Origin: Antedon mediterranea | Taxonomy: Eukaryota; Animalia; Echinodermata | Direction: 5' to 3' | Assembly: GCF_964355755.1 (NCBI RefSeq) | Contig: NC_092679.1 | Span: 23,977,432 to 24,041,431 of the forward strand | Length of the DNA stretch: 64,000 nucleotides | In this document: positions 1-14,200 of the stretch, piece by piece | Layout: the number at the start of each line of letters is the position of its first letter | Position numbering within the stretch: position 1 is the stretch's first letter | Made by a program: the position numbers and the translations under genes | The notes under the pieces: generated by a model | Told to the model about the DNA's origin: nothing | Databases searched by the model: none | What the model saw: the letters and a program-made list of their open reading frames with translations, nothing else

Positions 1-639
1 TTAGATAAGATTGTAATTAGTGTTTTTTCATAATAATTAAATTTATGTATTTTAATATCGTATGAAGGAATTACTGACCCATAAATCGTAGTGGCCTAGG
101 TCGCTTTTGTTTTTCCTGACGTTTTTATTGTTGTTTTTTGTCAAATAAATAAATGAAATGAAATAAATTGGTATTTATTAATTAGTATACAAAGATAGTT
201 ACAACTATTCATTTTTTAACATTTTTTCTTTACTGTCTAACATTTACAAAACAAAATCGATGCATTGACATTTATTTAGTTTATGTACGTTTTTAAAAAG
301 ACAATTTTGCGATGAACTTTTCATTTAAAGTAAATTATACGCCACGTGCAGCCGCAAATCAAAATTAATATAAACAAAATATAATAGTATAAGCAGGTAT
401 TTTAATTACCTTCACATATGTATTTATTCTATCTTTATACGAAATGACACTTTCAGTTCTAAAGCATTGATTTCCAAAGTGGTTCAGTAGAGAAACATTA
501 ACAATATAATAAAAATAATTCAAAGACAACTAACAATGTAATTTACATTAGTACACACACATTTACAAAAAGGTAAACTATCTACACTATACAGTATATA
601 AACAAGGCCAACATCCATAAGTTGCGTGCTAAAATGCAT

Positions 640-730
640 AGTGATACCGGACCGACAGACAGACCGACAGACCGACCGACCGACCGACCGACATAGTGAA
701 CTATAGAGTCGCGTCCACGTGACTAAAAAC
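640..730 (+). mobile_element. (GACC/GACA)n microsatellite plus terminal hairpin, Helentron/DINE-like non-autonomous element end
   Basis: Tetranucleotide array at 650-692, then the AGTCGCGT-CC-ACGTGACT hairpin and an A-run. Confidence 0.45.
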
Positions 731-1012
731 ATGGCAGGAATTCAAGGTAAAAGATACTTAATCAGTAATATTTTGGATTGATTTTTTAAAAGCTGAATAA
801 ATACCAATAATTTGGTTGATCAATAGCCAAAAGTTCGTTTACCTTGTGTAATTTTCCATGATGGTTCAAAAAGTGTATTATTACTCTGACTACCACATGA
901 TGAAGAGAATAAGAATGATATTTTAAGGTTTAATTTTCAAGTAAAACGAAAACTGCTGTAGAACGATTTAAAGAAATGTTTGTATAAAGTAACTTGACTC
1001 CTCGGCTACGTC

Positions 1013-1423
1013 ATTTATTTATTTATTTTTATTTATTTATTTAACAGCATATTTATACAAGATAATACACAATCAAGTAGAAATAAACTTGCTTTGCATT
1101 GTAGTCCTTTCGACAAAAACGGATACAAATTTAAATCTTATACAATTACAATTAATAATAATAGCAACAAAAAATATAAACTGGAAGTTAAATGTTATGA
1201 AAAGAATGAGATCTGTATCTAGCTTTAAAGGACATAATCGTGGGTGAGTGTTTTATATCTGCTGGCAAGTCATTCCATTTTTTCGCCTGCAACTTTAAAA
1301 GACGAATCCATTTTGCTACGGGTATAATGAGGTATAACAACATTTAAGTTGTCTACTCCACGCGTTGAATTGGTGTGTACATTCCCAATTAGTTCAATTT
1401 CATTTGTCAATCTGGTTGGCGCA
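1013..1423 (-). mobile_element. 5'-truncated CR1/L2-group LINE 3' end
   Basis: Minus strand encodes HTNSTRG..LNVVIP..SSFKVAG..WNDLPADIK (frameshifted), a typical ORF2 C-terminus, then an (AAAT)n tail. Confidence 0.7.
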
Positions 1424-1929
1424 AAATGTGTTCACTTAAGGAAATAAATAACATCAGAAAGGGCTTTAGTTTGGCTTTCACCCCTGAAGAGAATGTCCAG
1501 AAGCGATAAAAATGAAAAGCTATCTATTCACTATCACATGGTATGGAACCAATCATTAAATGTTGAAATAAAAAAAAAAAACATTTTGTTGACGCAGCAT
1601 TTGCAAATTGCCCTTAACAAATACAGTAAATAGATGGCCTAATTTTCAAGTAAAACGAAAACTGCTGTAAAACGATTTATAGAAATGCTATATACAAACG
1701 GAGTTTTGTAGAAAGACTTTTGGACTAAGTCATAAAAACATGTGTTCACTTAAGGAAATCGAAAATTACATCAGGAGGTTTATTTTAGCTTTACTCCTGA
1801 GGAGAATGTCCAGAAGCGATAAAAATGAAAACAAGGCTGCGCCTAAACCAATGGTAAACCAGGGAAGTGTGCAATTAGAAATGTTGAAGTGTACGTACTT
1901 AAGTGTTAAGGAATCGATCGAACAGAAAC

Positions 1930-2103
1930 TTTTGCTTCAGAAAATTGAGGGCGCAAATCTCAGTGAATTTGTACACATGCGCACTACTGTATTTGATCTG
2001 GAGCAGCGATCTCTCTACGTGATGAATACCACCAACTTGTCCTGTGTATTATTATTGTCAAAAAGCTATAAATATGTTAAATTCTTTAGCAAAACCTATA
2101 GAA
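1930..2103 (+). promoter_or_regulatory. Probable RalGAP alpha proximal promoter / 5' UTR
   Basis: CpG-richer stretch before the ATG with NRF1-like ACATGCGCA at about 1975-1983. The TSS cannot be determined from sequence. Confidence 0.4.
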
Positions 2104-2209
2104 ATGCTAAGCAAAAAGGCTCATGGAGATTTAAAGAAGTCTTCATCGAAAGTTCTTGATCCCAAGAGAGATCCTTCACAGCGTCTCAAACATCTCCGTG
2201 TTATCCTCG
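2104..2209 (+). CDS. RALGAPA: RalGAP alpha coding exon 1
   Basis: [35 protein letters not shown]; donor G/GTAGG. An in-frame upstream ATG lies at 2074. Confidence 0.9.
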
Positions 2210-5200
2210 GTAGGTTGGTTTGTTTATCTCTTCTGGATGAGGTCTTGGTGGTGTTCGGCACGTCAGCTGTAGTCTAGCTAGCTAGGCTAGGGCCTAGGAT
2301 ATGTTGGAAACCCCGCCTAGGCTCAAAGATGGGCGGATACCACATAATAAGCATTTATCGGCCTAGCTAAGCTCAGTGGCTGATCTTAGTTAACAATGTG
2401 CAAACTTTGATCCCAAGCTTTAAAATTAGTAATAATAATTAATATTAATATAGGCTAGTAGGCCTAGCCTAGTAGTAGCTAGTAGGCCTATCTATAGGGC
2501 CTAGGCCATGCCTACCTTACCTTGGCTAGGGCTAGCCTGTTATCTAGCTAGGCCCTAAAAGCCTAGAGCTAGGCCTATCTAGCCTAGGCCTCTAATAGGG
2601 CCTAGGACCTAATTTAAATTAATATTTAATACAGTAATTAGCCTACCTAGGCCTAGCCTATGCCTGAATACAATATTATTAGGCCTTTCAAGACTTTTGG
2701 AGCATGGAGGTATACCTCCATGATTGGAGCAACAAAAACGATTAGCATTGTAAATTACAAACTAAAAAACATACATACAGTGATAGGCCTCTTAACTTAA
2801 AAAGTCTCTTACCTTTTAGGCCTAAAGAAATTAGATGCGAGATGATCAGGTCTTTTAAAAATCCAAACTGTATTGAATTCCAGTATACTGTATTTATTCC
2901 AAATTTCAGAGAACTATGACATCACAGAAGCAAAATCATTTTTTGAGCAGTACTATTCGCATGTATATCACATCTTTTATGAGAACCTGATATCTGTTGA
3001 AGCCACACTCCGACAAAAAGCCCACCGAACTCACAGAGAAGAATTAGACTCCGTTTTATATATATTTGAGGTACGAGTTGATACATTCATTATTTTTGTT
3101 AGCTCAGTGCGCGAACATTATCCTATCGTTATTCCTATGTTTATTTCCTAGTTTCATCACCTAACTTTGTCCTCTTCTTTACTGCTATCATTTTCATCAA
3201 TCATCATCCATCATCATCAGACTACTGTACCTTTCTTCTTCTTTATAACCACCGTGGCCAGTGGAAAAACAGTTTTTTACTGAAGAGGTCCCCAAGTATA
3301 AAGAAGAAATAAATGAGTTTTTCAAATAATAATATTTTTTTGTAAAGTAATTTTTAATGAATCCAAAATGGTCACAATGTTATAACACTATAGATTTGTT
3401 TTAGGCGTGGTTGGTCTTTTTCCACATTTGTTTACTCTTTCTAAAACCTTGTGGCAGTAATTACTGTACTTCCATCCTGCAACAGCGACTCACTCCCCAT
3501 TCAAATGAAAAAATCTAATTTAATAATATTAAACGTTTTCCCAGACATTGAATATCGCTATGTAAATTAAAAGTTTATGAAAATTACATACAATTTATAA
3601 CATTTTCTGACATCTCCCTCATCCCCTTCCCCATAAATGCCTTACTTGGCAACTTTTTCCGTGGCCAATGAGTGAGACAACACAAATTAAAAGTATATTG
3701 TACCCTCTATGTTTTAATAACTAGGAAAAGCATCCTCTATGTTTAATTTCCCAACGAATAGATATGCGTTCCTGTGCTATTGACCATCATTTAATTGGAT
3801 TAAAATATATATTATTTTCAAGAGAGTATAAATGGTTATCATCTTGAATGAAAACTTGTCTATCTTCTCCAAATCTTCATAAAAATTACTTTTACTTAAT
3901 TTGTTTTTTCTGGTTTCTTTTCTGGTTCTTTTTTCTGAAATGTGCCAAAAAAAATGCTATTTGAATCATTAAAAACAGGATACTGCGATATGAATTAGGA
4001 TATTTACCATTTAGTATGCTTAGCATTGGCTAACATAACAAGGTGATGTGGATGTGTTACAAGGAAGTATGCTGAAGTGTACTCTAATGATCTGATTCAA
4101 TATTTACAAAGAGGCAAAACTTGAAAATAATATAAAATGTATGCTTCATTTGATACAGTAATTGACCTTTTTATTTCCTGCTGTAAACAATTACTGTAGG
4201 TCTGGAGTACAAAATGCAATCTAGGTATATTTGGGTTTGCTATATTGTAAAAATACAGTTAGTAAGTGTCCCCTTAATAGCACTGTGTTCCCAAAATAGA
4301 GATTTACTGTTATTGTTAAAAGCTCTATGTCCACTATCAAACTAGTTTAACAAAAAATGTGTCATATGCCCAAATATGGTAGTGATATGCCCAAAAATAT
4401 GGTAGTGATATGATGTCATCGTTTCCATATATGGGTGCATCACATTTTTTTGTCGCATAAAGTTTGATAGTTAGTTACAACATATTGCCCTTTCATTTCA
4501 TGACAAGCGTCCCCTTAATAAGGTGTTTCCTCTAAATAGGGGTTGGCCATCGTGTCACACTGTATTTTGACACTTTCTTTGATGAGAAAGTGTCCCCTTG
4601 ATTTAATTAGGGATCTGAATAAGGTTCTAACTAATTAATCCCAGTAGTACTGTACATACTTTTGTACATGGTATATTTTTACTGTACAACTACAAGGCCC
4701 TTTCCCTTATCTTAGTCAAAAACCAAAATTGAGGTGGTCAGTTTGTATTCCCTTTAAAAATAAATGTGATTGACTTAACCAAACTATATAGTGGTTAGCA
4801 TCCTTTCCTTTAACTACAGTATATACTAGATCAAGTCCGTAGCATATATCTACCCCTTTCATTGTACAATGTTAATCCGACCTTGGTGCGGAGATTTTTT
4901 AAAGGAAAACGGGTGAAATTTAAATTTGTTTTTTTTTTGCAAATTATTTTATTTTTCTACGTTGGAAAATGATGCAAATTACCATTTTGTTAATGTTCAA
5001 GTGACCTTGTAGCTAGTTGGTTCGTTTTTAACTCATTTTGAAAAAACTATTTTTTTCTTAACACAATTCCTATCAAGTAGGAGTTTTACACTGGTAATGA
5101 TGACAATTATAAAACGTGTTATTATTTAAAGAATTATTTCAGCCTCGTTTTCCCGGAGAGAATAATGAAACATCCGGTCTAGTGCAGTCTATAACAGCTG

Positions 5201-8200
5201 TCATGTTTTATTGACTAGTTATTTTATTGGTATAAAAATGATAGTGCAGACTATGTTACATTGAAACAAATAGTATGTATGTACCTGTATCAATCTTTGT
5301 CAATTACAGTACAAACATTTTATTATTAATATATTGTTTGAAGTTTTGCATGGCGAAATCAAATGTTGATATAAAGTTTGCAGTACACCAGGTATATTAG
5401 TTCTGAAAAAAACTTGAGTTTCTTGATGTTTCGATCAATTTGCTTTGATCATCCTCAGAAGTGAGAATTACCAAACCTACCTACATCTTCTGTTATTAAT
5501 GTGTATTGTCTTTTTTTTCCAGAAAATTTTACTATTTGTGCCTGATTTAATTCATCAGAGGTGGCAGTTTAATAGTATAGGTGAGTTTTTATACTGTGGG
5601 TGATGATATAGACATATTGTAGGCCTTATTATAACAGGGTTTGTCGGTTAGCAGATTCTATCTTTCTGAAACAATATTTTAGAGTGTCAAATTTAGTGAG
5701 TGAGTGGCCGGGCGGTTAAGACAGTGGAACCGTAATTACGGTCATACAGCCATAACATCGGTTTTGGTGGTAGAACGAGTCTTCTCGGATAAAGACTATA
5801 AACCGAAGGTCCAGTGTACACATCGAGGTCGTGTGCACTTTAAAGAACCTAGTACATCTTTCGAGACGAGTAGGGGGTTACCCCGGTGTATTAGTACATC
5901 ACAGCCACTGATCACCAACTGGGCCCTCTGGGAGACCAGTCTTTGACTGAAGAGGTTACCCAGTATAAATATATATTTCAATCAAATTCAATGTTAGATC
6001 TGCCAGGAACAAAATTATTGAACATTTATTGTATGGACCAAACTATAGTAATGCAGGGTCTGAAACGTTCACCTTGGACAGGACAGGATAGCATACGGTA
6101 GGGCTTCAGCACAATAATACAGTGAAAAATTGTACCAGCTGCGGCCATTGAATTCTACCGACCAATATTAAATTGAGTTTATTTAGACAATCAATTACTA
6201 TGAATGTCCAAAGGTTAATGTATTAAATACTGGATGCATAAATAATGTACAGTATGTTATTTTTGTACCATTATTATGTATGGTTTAAAATGCAACTTTC
6301 TTTGTTACAAACATTTTGGTGGTAGAAAATATTGCTATGCTTAAAATTAGTTGGCATAGTAGAATTCACACCACCTAAAGAAACACTGGTTTTGCCAACC
6401 CTCCATACTGAGTACTGTATGGTAGAGGCCGAGAGCCCAGACAATTCATGTATTGTTATTCATGACAATTTTGGTGGAATCACTACCTCTGTCTAGAGGT
6501 TATGTTTTCATCCATACAATAGGGAGCTTTCATTTTTCATTGAATAACGACCAATAAATTTTGAATAAAAATGTTGTGATGGTGAAAAACAAAACTTCAC
6601 CTCTTTTATTTTTTTTATAATTGTTTGTTTCTTTAGGCCGAATTTTAAAGAAATTACTTCATGTAGGAAACACTGTCAAGGTAGGTATACTATAATCCAT
6701 GGTGCTTTTACAAGTTAGGACCTCTGTTGGGAAACTCAGAAAAACAACAGTATTCCCACATGACACAAATCATTGGTGATCATTATTTTATTTTCAATGA
6801 TCTCACAATGAGTGAGTGGCCTAGCGGTTAAGATAGCGGAACAGTAATTGTGTACAGTAGCCATAACATCGGCAAAGGTTTGAGGCTCACTCGCTCCATG
6901 CGAGGACTATAAACTGTAGGTCCAGTGTACACATCTAGCTCATGTGCATTTTAAAGAACCTAGTATATCTTTCGAGACAAGTAGGGGGTTACCCCGATGT
7001 ACTACTGTCCACACACACAGCCACTGTACAATTGGGCCTGGACCGTTTTCAGAAGTGTTTCATTCTCCACTAATGTACATCTTAGTGGAAGTTGAATAAA
7101 TAAAATACTGTATGCTCTGTTACAGGTTCGAATTGAGGGGTTGAAGCTTTTCATTCTCTGGTTCCAAGCCCTTCAAGATTCAGCCGATGAAGAGTGCTAC
7201 CTGATCTATGCCACTCTGATCCCTGGCTTTCCTGTACCTCATGGAGTTCAAGGAAGTGATCTGGATGGCATCATGACACAAAATAGTAAAACTCAACAGA
7301 CACAAATTGATTTATGTAAGTTTTTAATTAATAATATTTATGTAATTAAAATATGTTCAGACGTACATTATTATGGTTTTGCAAGACACAGTTACATAAT
7401 CGGCAGCATAACTGCAAAGTCTCGATTACTAATGCTTTTGTACAAAATATCTCATAGTAGTTGGCTTTCACTAACCTCTTTCTAATCCAGACCTATAGAG
7501 TTGTATAATAACTCCATAAGTCAAGCCCTTTGTAATTGAAGCCCTCTCCCTCAGTGATGCATTTTCTTCAAGCTCTGTACACTATCAAACATTATGTGAC
7601 AATTTTTATTCATGTTTTGTCTCTTCTTTTCTTAGATCCCATAAATGAAGTAGAAATCTGTCCTATCCTGCCCACCCAATCAGGAGACTCAATTGGTAAC
7701 CTTTCACAGATCATGTTTGATGAGTTACTGCAATATACTGTAGCACAAGTAAGTAACCTACAAAATGACTATCAGAAAGACAAGATCTTGAAACAAATCA
7801 TTTAGTCTGAAACTTTTGGAAACTTTATGATACTATTTTCTCATTTTCTCCAATTATACAACACATTTAAGGGACACTTTCATTCATTTTTATTGTTCCA
7901 CATAAAATAAATAAAAGATCAAGGCAAAAAAACCTGGTTGAGTCTTTGTGTGGAACCTCAAATAAGCCAAGGCTGAGTTTCCAAAATACATCACATTGTA
8001 CATGTTAACTAAAAAAAAAGGCCAAACAGATTTTAGTTGAATATCAATAGAAACGAAAAAGTAAGATGTAAATTCCATAGGAGTAAACTATCTAATGAAT
8101 ATTTATGGGTTAAGTATTTTTTGTATTTTTCCTAAAAGAAAATAAGGTTGGTGATAATTTAATGTTTAAAGTTTCTATAAAAAAGGAACTGGACAATGGA

Positions 8201-11200
8201 CAAGGAAAAATATATGTTTTTTTATGTTCACTCGCTAATGTCAACATAGGTATGATTCAATGATTAACATGCTTGTCACCAAGGTGTCATGTTTCATGCA
8301 ACATACAGTATGTTGACCTTTTTTTTTTAGCCTTAGCTTATTTGAGGTTCCACACAAAGACTCTACCAGGTTTTTTTGCCTGGATCTTTTATTTATTTAA
8401 TGTGGAACAATAAAAATGAATGAAAATGAAAGTGTCCCTTAAATGTGTTGTATAATTGGAGAAAATGAGAGAATAGTTGTAATATTCTTGCTTGTGTTTT
8501 CAAACATATGCTCCATAACTCAAAAATGTTTTGTAGTAGTATCCTATATATTTGAGCTTAGAGTTTGCGAATTTTTTTTTTCTGTTTGTACGTTTGTTGA
8601 TATGCATGAATTTCCGAAATGTAAGAAATTGAGATTACATTAATGTATAAATACTGTACATTGATATGTAATCATATTTTTTTCCTTGTATCCTTATTAG
8701 GTTAGCAAGCTACAATGGAACGATCCAGATCAAACAAGGAAATGTTTTGTTTTTTTATTGGACAATTTTAAGAAGTTTTATTTACCCCACGTCTTCCCCG
8801 AGTTCTCCCACACTACCAGTCTGTATGCTCCCATTCTTGGTAAGACACTAATGGTTCACCTGAAACAAGAATTATCCAAATTTTGTTTAAATCCCATTAG
8901 AATATGTATTTCAATACTTTTTCTAGCTAGAAAGAATGAAATATCGGGAGAAGAAACATAGAATGGGCTATTACAAAAGATATCTGGCATCCAAGGAATG
9001 TGCATTATGCATAGTTGATGTTGATACAATAAGTTAACCAAAAGGGGCCTATAGTAGTAAGAGATTAATAACTCATAGTAATAATTTCAAGCCCTGTAAG
9101 TCACTTTTATTGAATAGTTTGAATGAATGATTGTATTTATCACACATTCAGACAACTCCTCAAATCCCACCTTTTAATTTGCATTTTTCAACTTTCAACT
9201 TTAACTAATTAATTATTGCTTCTACATTTTTTGTTGATAGCACTTAGAGGCTCCCTGCATTTTGTACTATATGAAGTATACATTATTATTATATTATTTT
9301 TCATCAGACATTCCAAGCACACGTAAGATTCAACCAAGTGTATCTAGCAGTCAAATAACACACTGTAAAGTGAGTGTGGTCAGGTGGCTTGTGGCTTTTA
9401 TTGCCAACAAGAAAGAAAAAGTACAGTAAGTATGCATTAAAGCAATGTTTGAAAACAAATTATTCTTAGACCTAATATTTTGATGTAATAAGGAAATAAT
9501 CAAAATATCTTTAATTTTTGAATAACTTATTTGTTATGCTATAGAGCACCTCAACCTGATGTCGCCAAGGATAAAGGAAACACCCTTGACAGATCTCTCA
9601 CTGCCTCCATCAGTCAAGATTCACCTGAGGTACTTGGCCACAATGCTGTAATAACAAACAGCAGTAAGCAGAACTCAGGCCCCTTAAACACCCAGTTAGA
9701 GGACCTTGTCTCTGATAAAGATAAAGCGGTTGTACGGCAAGTGCTGTATTCAAATAGAGAGAATATTAACTTTGTTCATGAGATCTTACGACAGGTAAAT
9801 ACATAAATGATATTAATATATATTAATAATTTATATTTCCTTTATACTTAACTATTATCTACTATTTTAATTTGTTTTGTTCTTTTTTTAAGGGATTTCT
9901 GCTGCCTATGTCAGAGTCACAAGCTGTTAAAAGATCACTAAAGGTCTATCAAGAATGGATACAGGTAAATATACTGATACCATTATTTATGGATGCAGTA
10001 GATATATTATGTTTGCACGCCTATTCAAGGTACATTCCATGTGAAAAAAAATAAGTTATATGTACGCTGAAACACGTCCAACAACCGATTCAGGGAGACT
10101 TTGAGGTTCTGAAGGTACCCCTTTTATAGGTGTTCTATGTGGTACATTATTTTGTTTTTATTTGTTTTTCTGCTCTAATATAATTTGTTCTACATTTTAT
10201 GACTCACTGCAAAACTTTAAGAAAAGTTGTGGAATAAAGTAATTAGTTCTTAAGGATGGGGGTCACAGGAAGTGAAATTAAATGAGGTCAACCATTAAAG
10301 AGTAGTTATTCCCATACTTCAGTTTGTGTGCAGGCATTAACCTTTTCTTTTCCCTTTATCCCACCCTTTTTCTTTAAGACATTTTTCTGTAGAAATGTTA
10401 AACCACTAACTATTATATATTCGCACTGTAATATTACCTACACATTGTACTCGCATTTTCTTTCAGTCTTCAAATGGAGCAGACAATCAACCAGTTTTTT
10501 TGAGGAAGCCTCCTGACATTGCTTACTCACCACGATCAGAGAGCGCGTCTGAAGGATTTGAAGAGTGGTCAGGTGTCTCTCAAGTTGACAGCCCAACAGA
10601 CAAAGTACAAGGGTTAATTCCAGAAATTGAAGAACAGGTAAATTAATCACTGTTCTATCAGACAGGTGGTAATCCCCTGATACAGGGCTATTTTGTGAAC
10701 CCCTACTTGTCTCGAATATTGAAATAGGTTCTTTAAAGTGCACATGGACAAACTGTGTACACCAGACCTACGGTTTATAATCCTTTTCTGAGAAAAAACA
10801 CCACCAGAACTAGGAGCAAGATGGCCTCGCATCGAACCCTTACCGATATTGTTGGCTCATAAGTAAACGGCGCCCCTGTCCTGTTCAGGTGTATTGTACA
10901 AGTTCTTATTGCTATAATACTTTACATCTGTTCACATTCAATTTCTTTGGTGTAATACAAAGAAAGAACAAATACTATTGAAATAGTTTGTAATAACCTT
11001 TTCAGACTAGCAGTACTCCGATAAACAAGCATCTTAAAGTGGGTACCAAGACGAAACGGACAGATTCGTATCTGAGTGCAATAACGTACAAAACGCAGCA
11101 ACAAGAAAAGAATTGTTTAGAAGCTGGTCTTCAGCCTACGTTGCAAGTCTTCATTACAAATTCGGCAAATGCGTTTTTACTTGAGCCAGAGAGTGAAGAC

Positions 11201-14200
11201 AAAGTTTTAAAAGATCATGTAAGATCAGCCTTTTTTATTTTATTTATAATGACATTTGACCTAAACATCAAAGGGAATATTCATACTCTGAACATTTAAC
11301 ATCAAAATCCTTCCTTCTGTAATTAAAAGTATCTTTAATTACAGACCTATGACCTATGTTGTCATGGTAATTCATTCTTCTATGTGTAAGCTTAAACATT
11401 GCTACATAGTAAAACTACCATGCCATTTTACTATGAAGTTTTACTCTATGATACTGCATTATAATCACACACATTTTGTGTGCCTTGATTTTGGCAATAA
11501 AGTCAGTTTTTAAGGTGGTATTTTCAGCGTTCTGTTTTTCTTTACTAGATTGATATTTGTAAACGTGTACTTGGTGTATTTCGTCATATTGTAATGTATG
11601 TTAAGATGGAACAAGAGACTGTGTAAGTGAAACATGTTTACCCTTATTTCATTTAATATTGTGCTACTCAATAAATTGAGTTACCTGTACATAATGGTAG
11701 GGATTATATCTAGTGATAAAACACATTTAGAGAAATGCTACTTTTGAAAATTATGCAAAGTCAGGGAATAATTTCGCCAGTGTAGCATAGCAAAAAGCTA
11801 TACAAAACAACCTTATTGCTACACATTTCTAAAATTGTGTAGCAAAAAATACAATACAAAACTATGTTTCTCGACTAAAACATCAGTTTGATTAGCAATA
11901 ATTGCTAAACAAAATTTTAAAATGAAAAGTATGAATTGGACTAGCCCTGCTGCACAAATTTGTGTACATACAATATTCAATATGTAGCTGGCTCATTATG
12001 TTTTCATAATTACTGATAACTTTATTATTTTTATACTATTAATTCTTTTAATTGTGTTTTTTTCCACCAGAGAGCAACTATTGAAAGTTTTATTAAAGAT
12101 AACCGAAAGTATTTTAAGTAGTAAGAGCAGCAAAGCTAAGCTGACTCTAGCCAATCAGCTGTCACAAGTACTTTTTCAGGTTTGTATTTACTAACACTCA
12201 GTGATGTATAGAAATTTTAGGGTTTTGTGTCAAACAGTATATTGTATTGTATGTCTTTATGCATAAGTGGACAAGGTTTATCAATAGTAAGATAAGTGTT
12301 TTAGGGCCTATTTTGTGAACCAATTCAACAGGGTAACCCGCTACTCATCTCGAATGATGAACTAGGTTCTTTTAAGTACATGCATAAACTGTGCACTCTG
12401 GACTCCGGTTTAGTCCTTATACGCAAAGAGTTGTTCTCCCACCAGAATTAGAAGCAAGTCACCCTCATCAATGTAAATTACATAAAGATTGTAAATTTAC
12501 ATCATGCCCCAAAATTACAACCAAAACATAATTGCTGTAGTTAAAAAAATCCATTGCTTTTTTTTTCAGACGTTAATAGTAACTTGGATAAAAGCTAATT
12601 TAGTAGTTAGGGTGCCTCTTGAATTATGGGATGAGTTGTTACGAATATTATCATCCCTTACGCATTGGAAGGAGCTGATTGACGAATGGGCTGTGAGTAT
12701 TTCCACTTCTCATTCTATTTTCACTTTCTTGTATTTGTTTATCAAACACAGAGACATTTTTTTCATACAACTAAAAATATGAAACTTTTGCCAATAAGCT
12801 ATTATAAGACCATGTTCTGAATATGAGCACTGTTTCTGTAATTTGCCAGTAAGATTTATGTTATCAAACACGGTCATTTAAATATAAACATAGTTATTAT
12901 TTTTATAAACATACTTACTATTCTAAAGTAAATTTAATTAATCCTCTGTTTCCATCTTGAATGGACGTCAAAACTGTGTCATGCAGAGACGAAATGCTCT
13001 GATTTTGTCCGAAGAGTAAAACATGATGTAAGCTAAAGTGCAATAGTCAGCAGCCTCTCAAATTTTAAAATGCAATGAAAATAATACAAACCCAATCAAA
13101 TTATATTGTTTATTGTAAGAGAAAATGTTTAAGTTATAGCCTGATTTTATCTCTGTTGGCTGGGCATTGAATAAAATAAAATAAATATAGATAAAATAGC
13201 AATTTTGACTTTGTTGTTTATTGTTTTTTTTTTTTTTCATAGAAGACTATGGGGACACTAACAAGAATCCTAGCAAAGCAGGTGTACAGCCTTGACCTCA
13301 AAGATCTACCTCTGGACAAACTCAGCGAACAAAAAGAAAAGAAACTACGCCATCGCATATCATCAACCAACAAAGATCGAGGGAAGCATGAAAGGACGTT
13401 TTCGCAAGAAGGCTGGAATAGCTCATCTCCACCGCCGGTTGGTAGTCCTGAGCGTAGTAGGATGCTGACGATGTCTAGTCACGATGACATAAATGTTGTA
13501 CGGAACAGAGGAATGCAACAGATGAAAATTGCATCGAAAAAAGAAGCTGTTGAGATTTTGACGAAACTTAAAGAATATGAAGGTATATTGAATACAGACA
13601 TAGACATAGACAGTACAGAATCTTTATTAATAAGAAATGTAAATTTGCAATTCACAGCATCTGATTGGTTAATAGCCATGTAATTTCTTTAGATACTTAC
13701 AGATCTCCCAAAGTTAAATATTGGGAGGTTTTATGAAAGCATGTCCAAACTATAGGAGGGCGCTATAATATTTAACAAAATAAACTAAACAATAGAGAGC
13801 ACTATAACAAATCTAAAGATTATCTAGAGATGACTATCGTTAGACCATTATCTAGAGATGACTATCGTTAGACCATTATCTAGAGATGACTATTGTTAGA
13901 CCATTATCTAGAGATGACTATCGTTAGACCATTATCTAGAGATGACTATCGTTAGACCATTATCTAGAGATGACTATTGTTAGACCATTATCTGGAGATG
14001 ACTATCGTTAGACCATTATCTAGAGATGACTATCGTTAGACCATTATCTAGAGATGACTATCGTTAGACCATTATCTAGAGATGACTATCGTTAGACCAT
14101 TATCTAGAGATGACTATCGTTAGACCATTATCTGGAGATGGCTATCGTTAGACCATTATCTAGAGATGAATATCGTTAGACCATTATCTAGAGATGACTA

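Noticed and set aside
1740-2159. 139-aa ORF as a separate gene
   Set aside because: No recognisable domain; it overlaps the promoter and exon 1 of RalGAP alpha out of frame and starts inside a duplicated non-coding segment.
8688-8695. GTATCCTT as a second U12 donor (also at about 19758 and 26213)
   Set aside because: Not at exon ends; they lie within a pyrimidine tract, a SINE or mid-intron.
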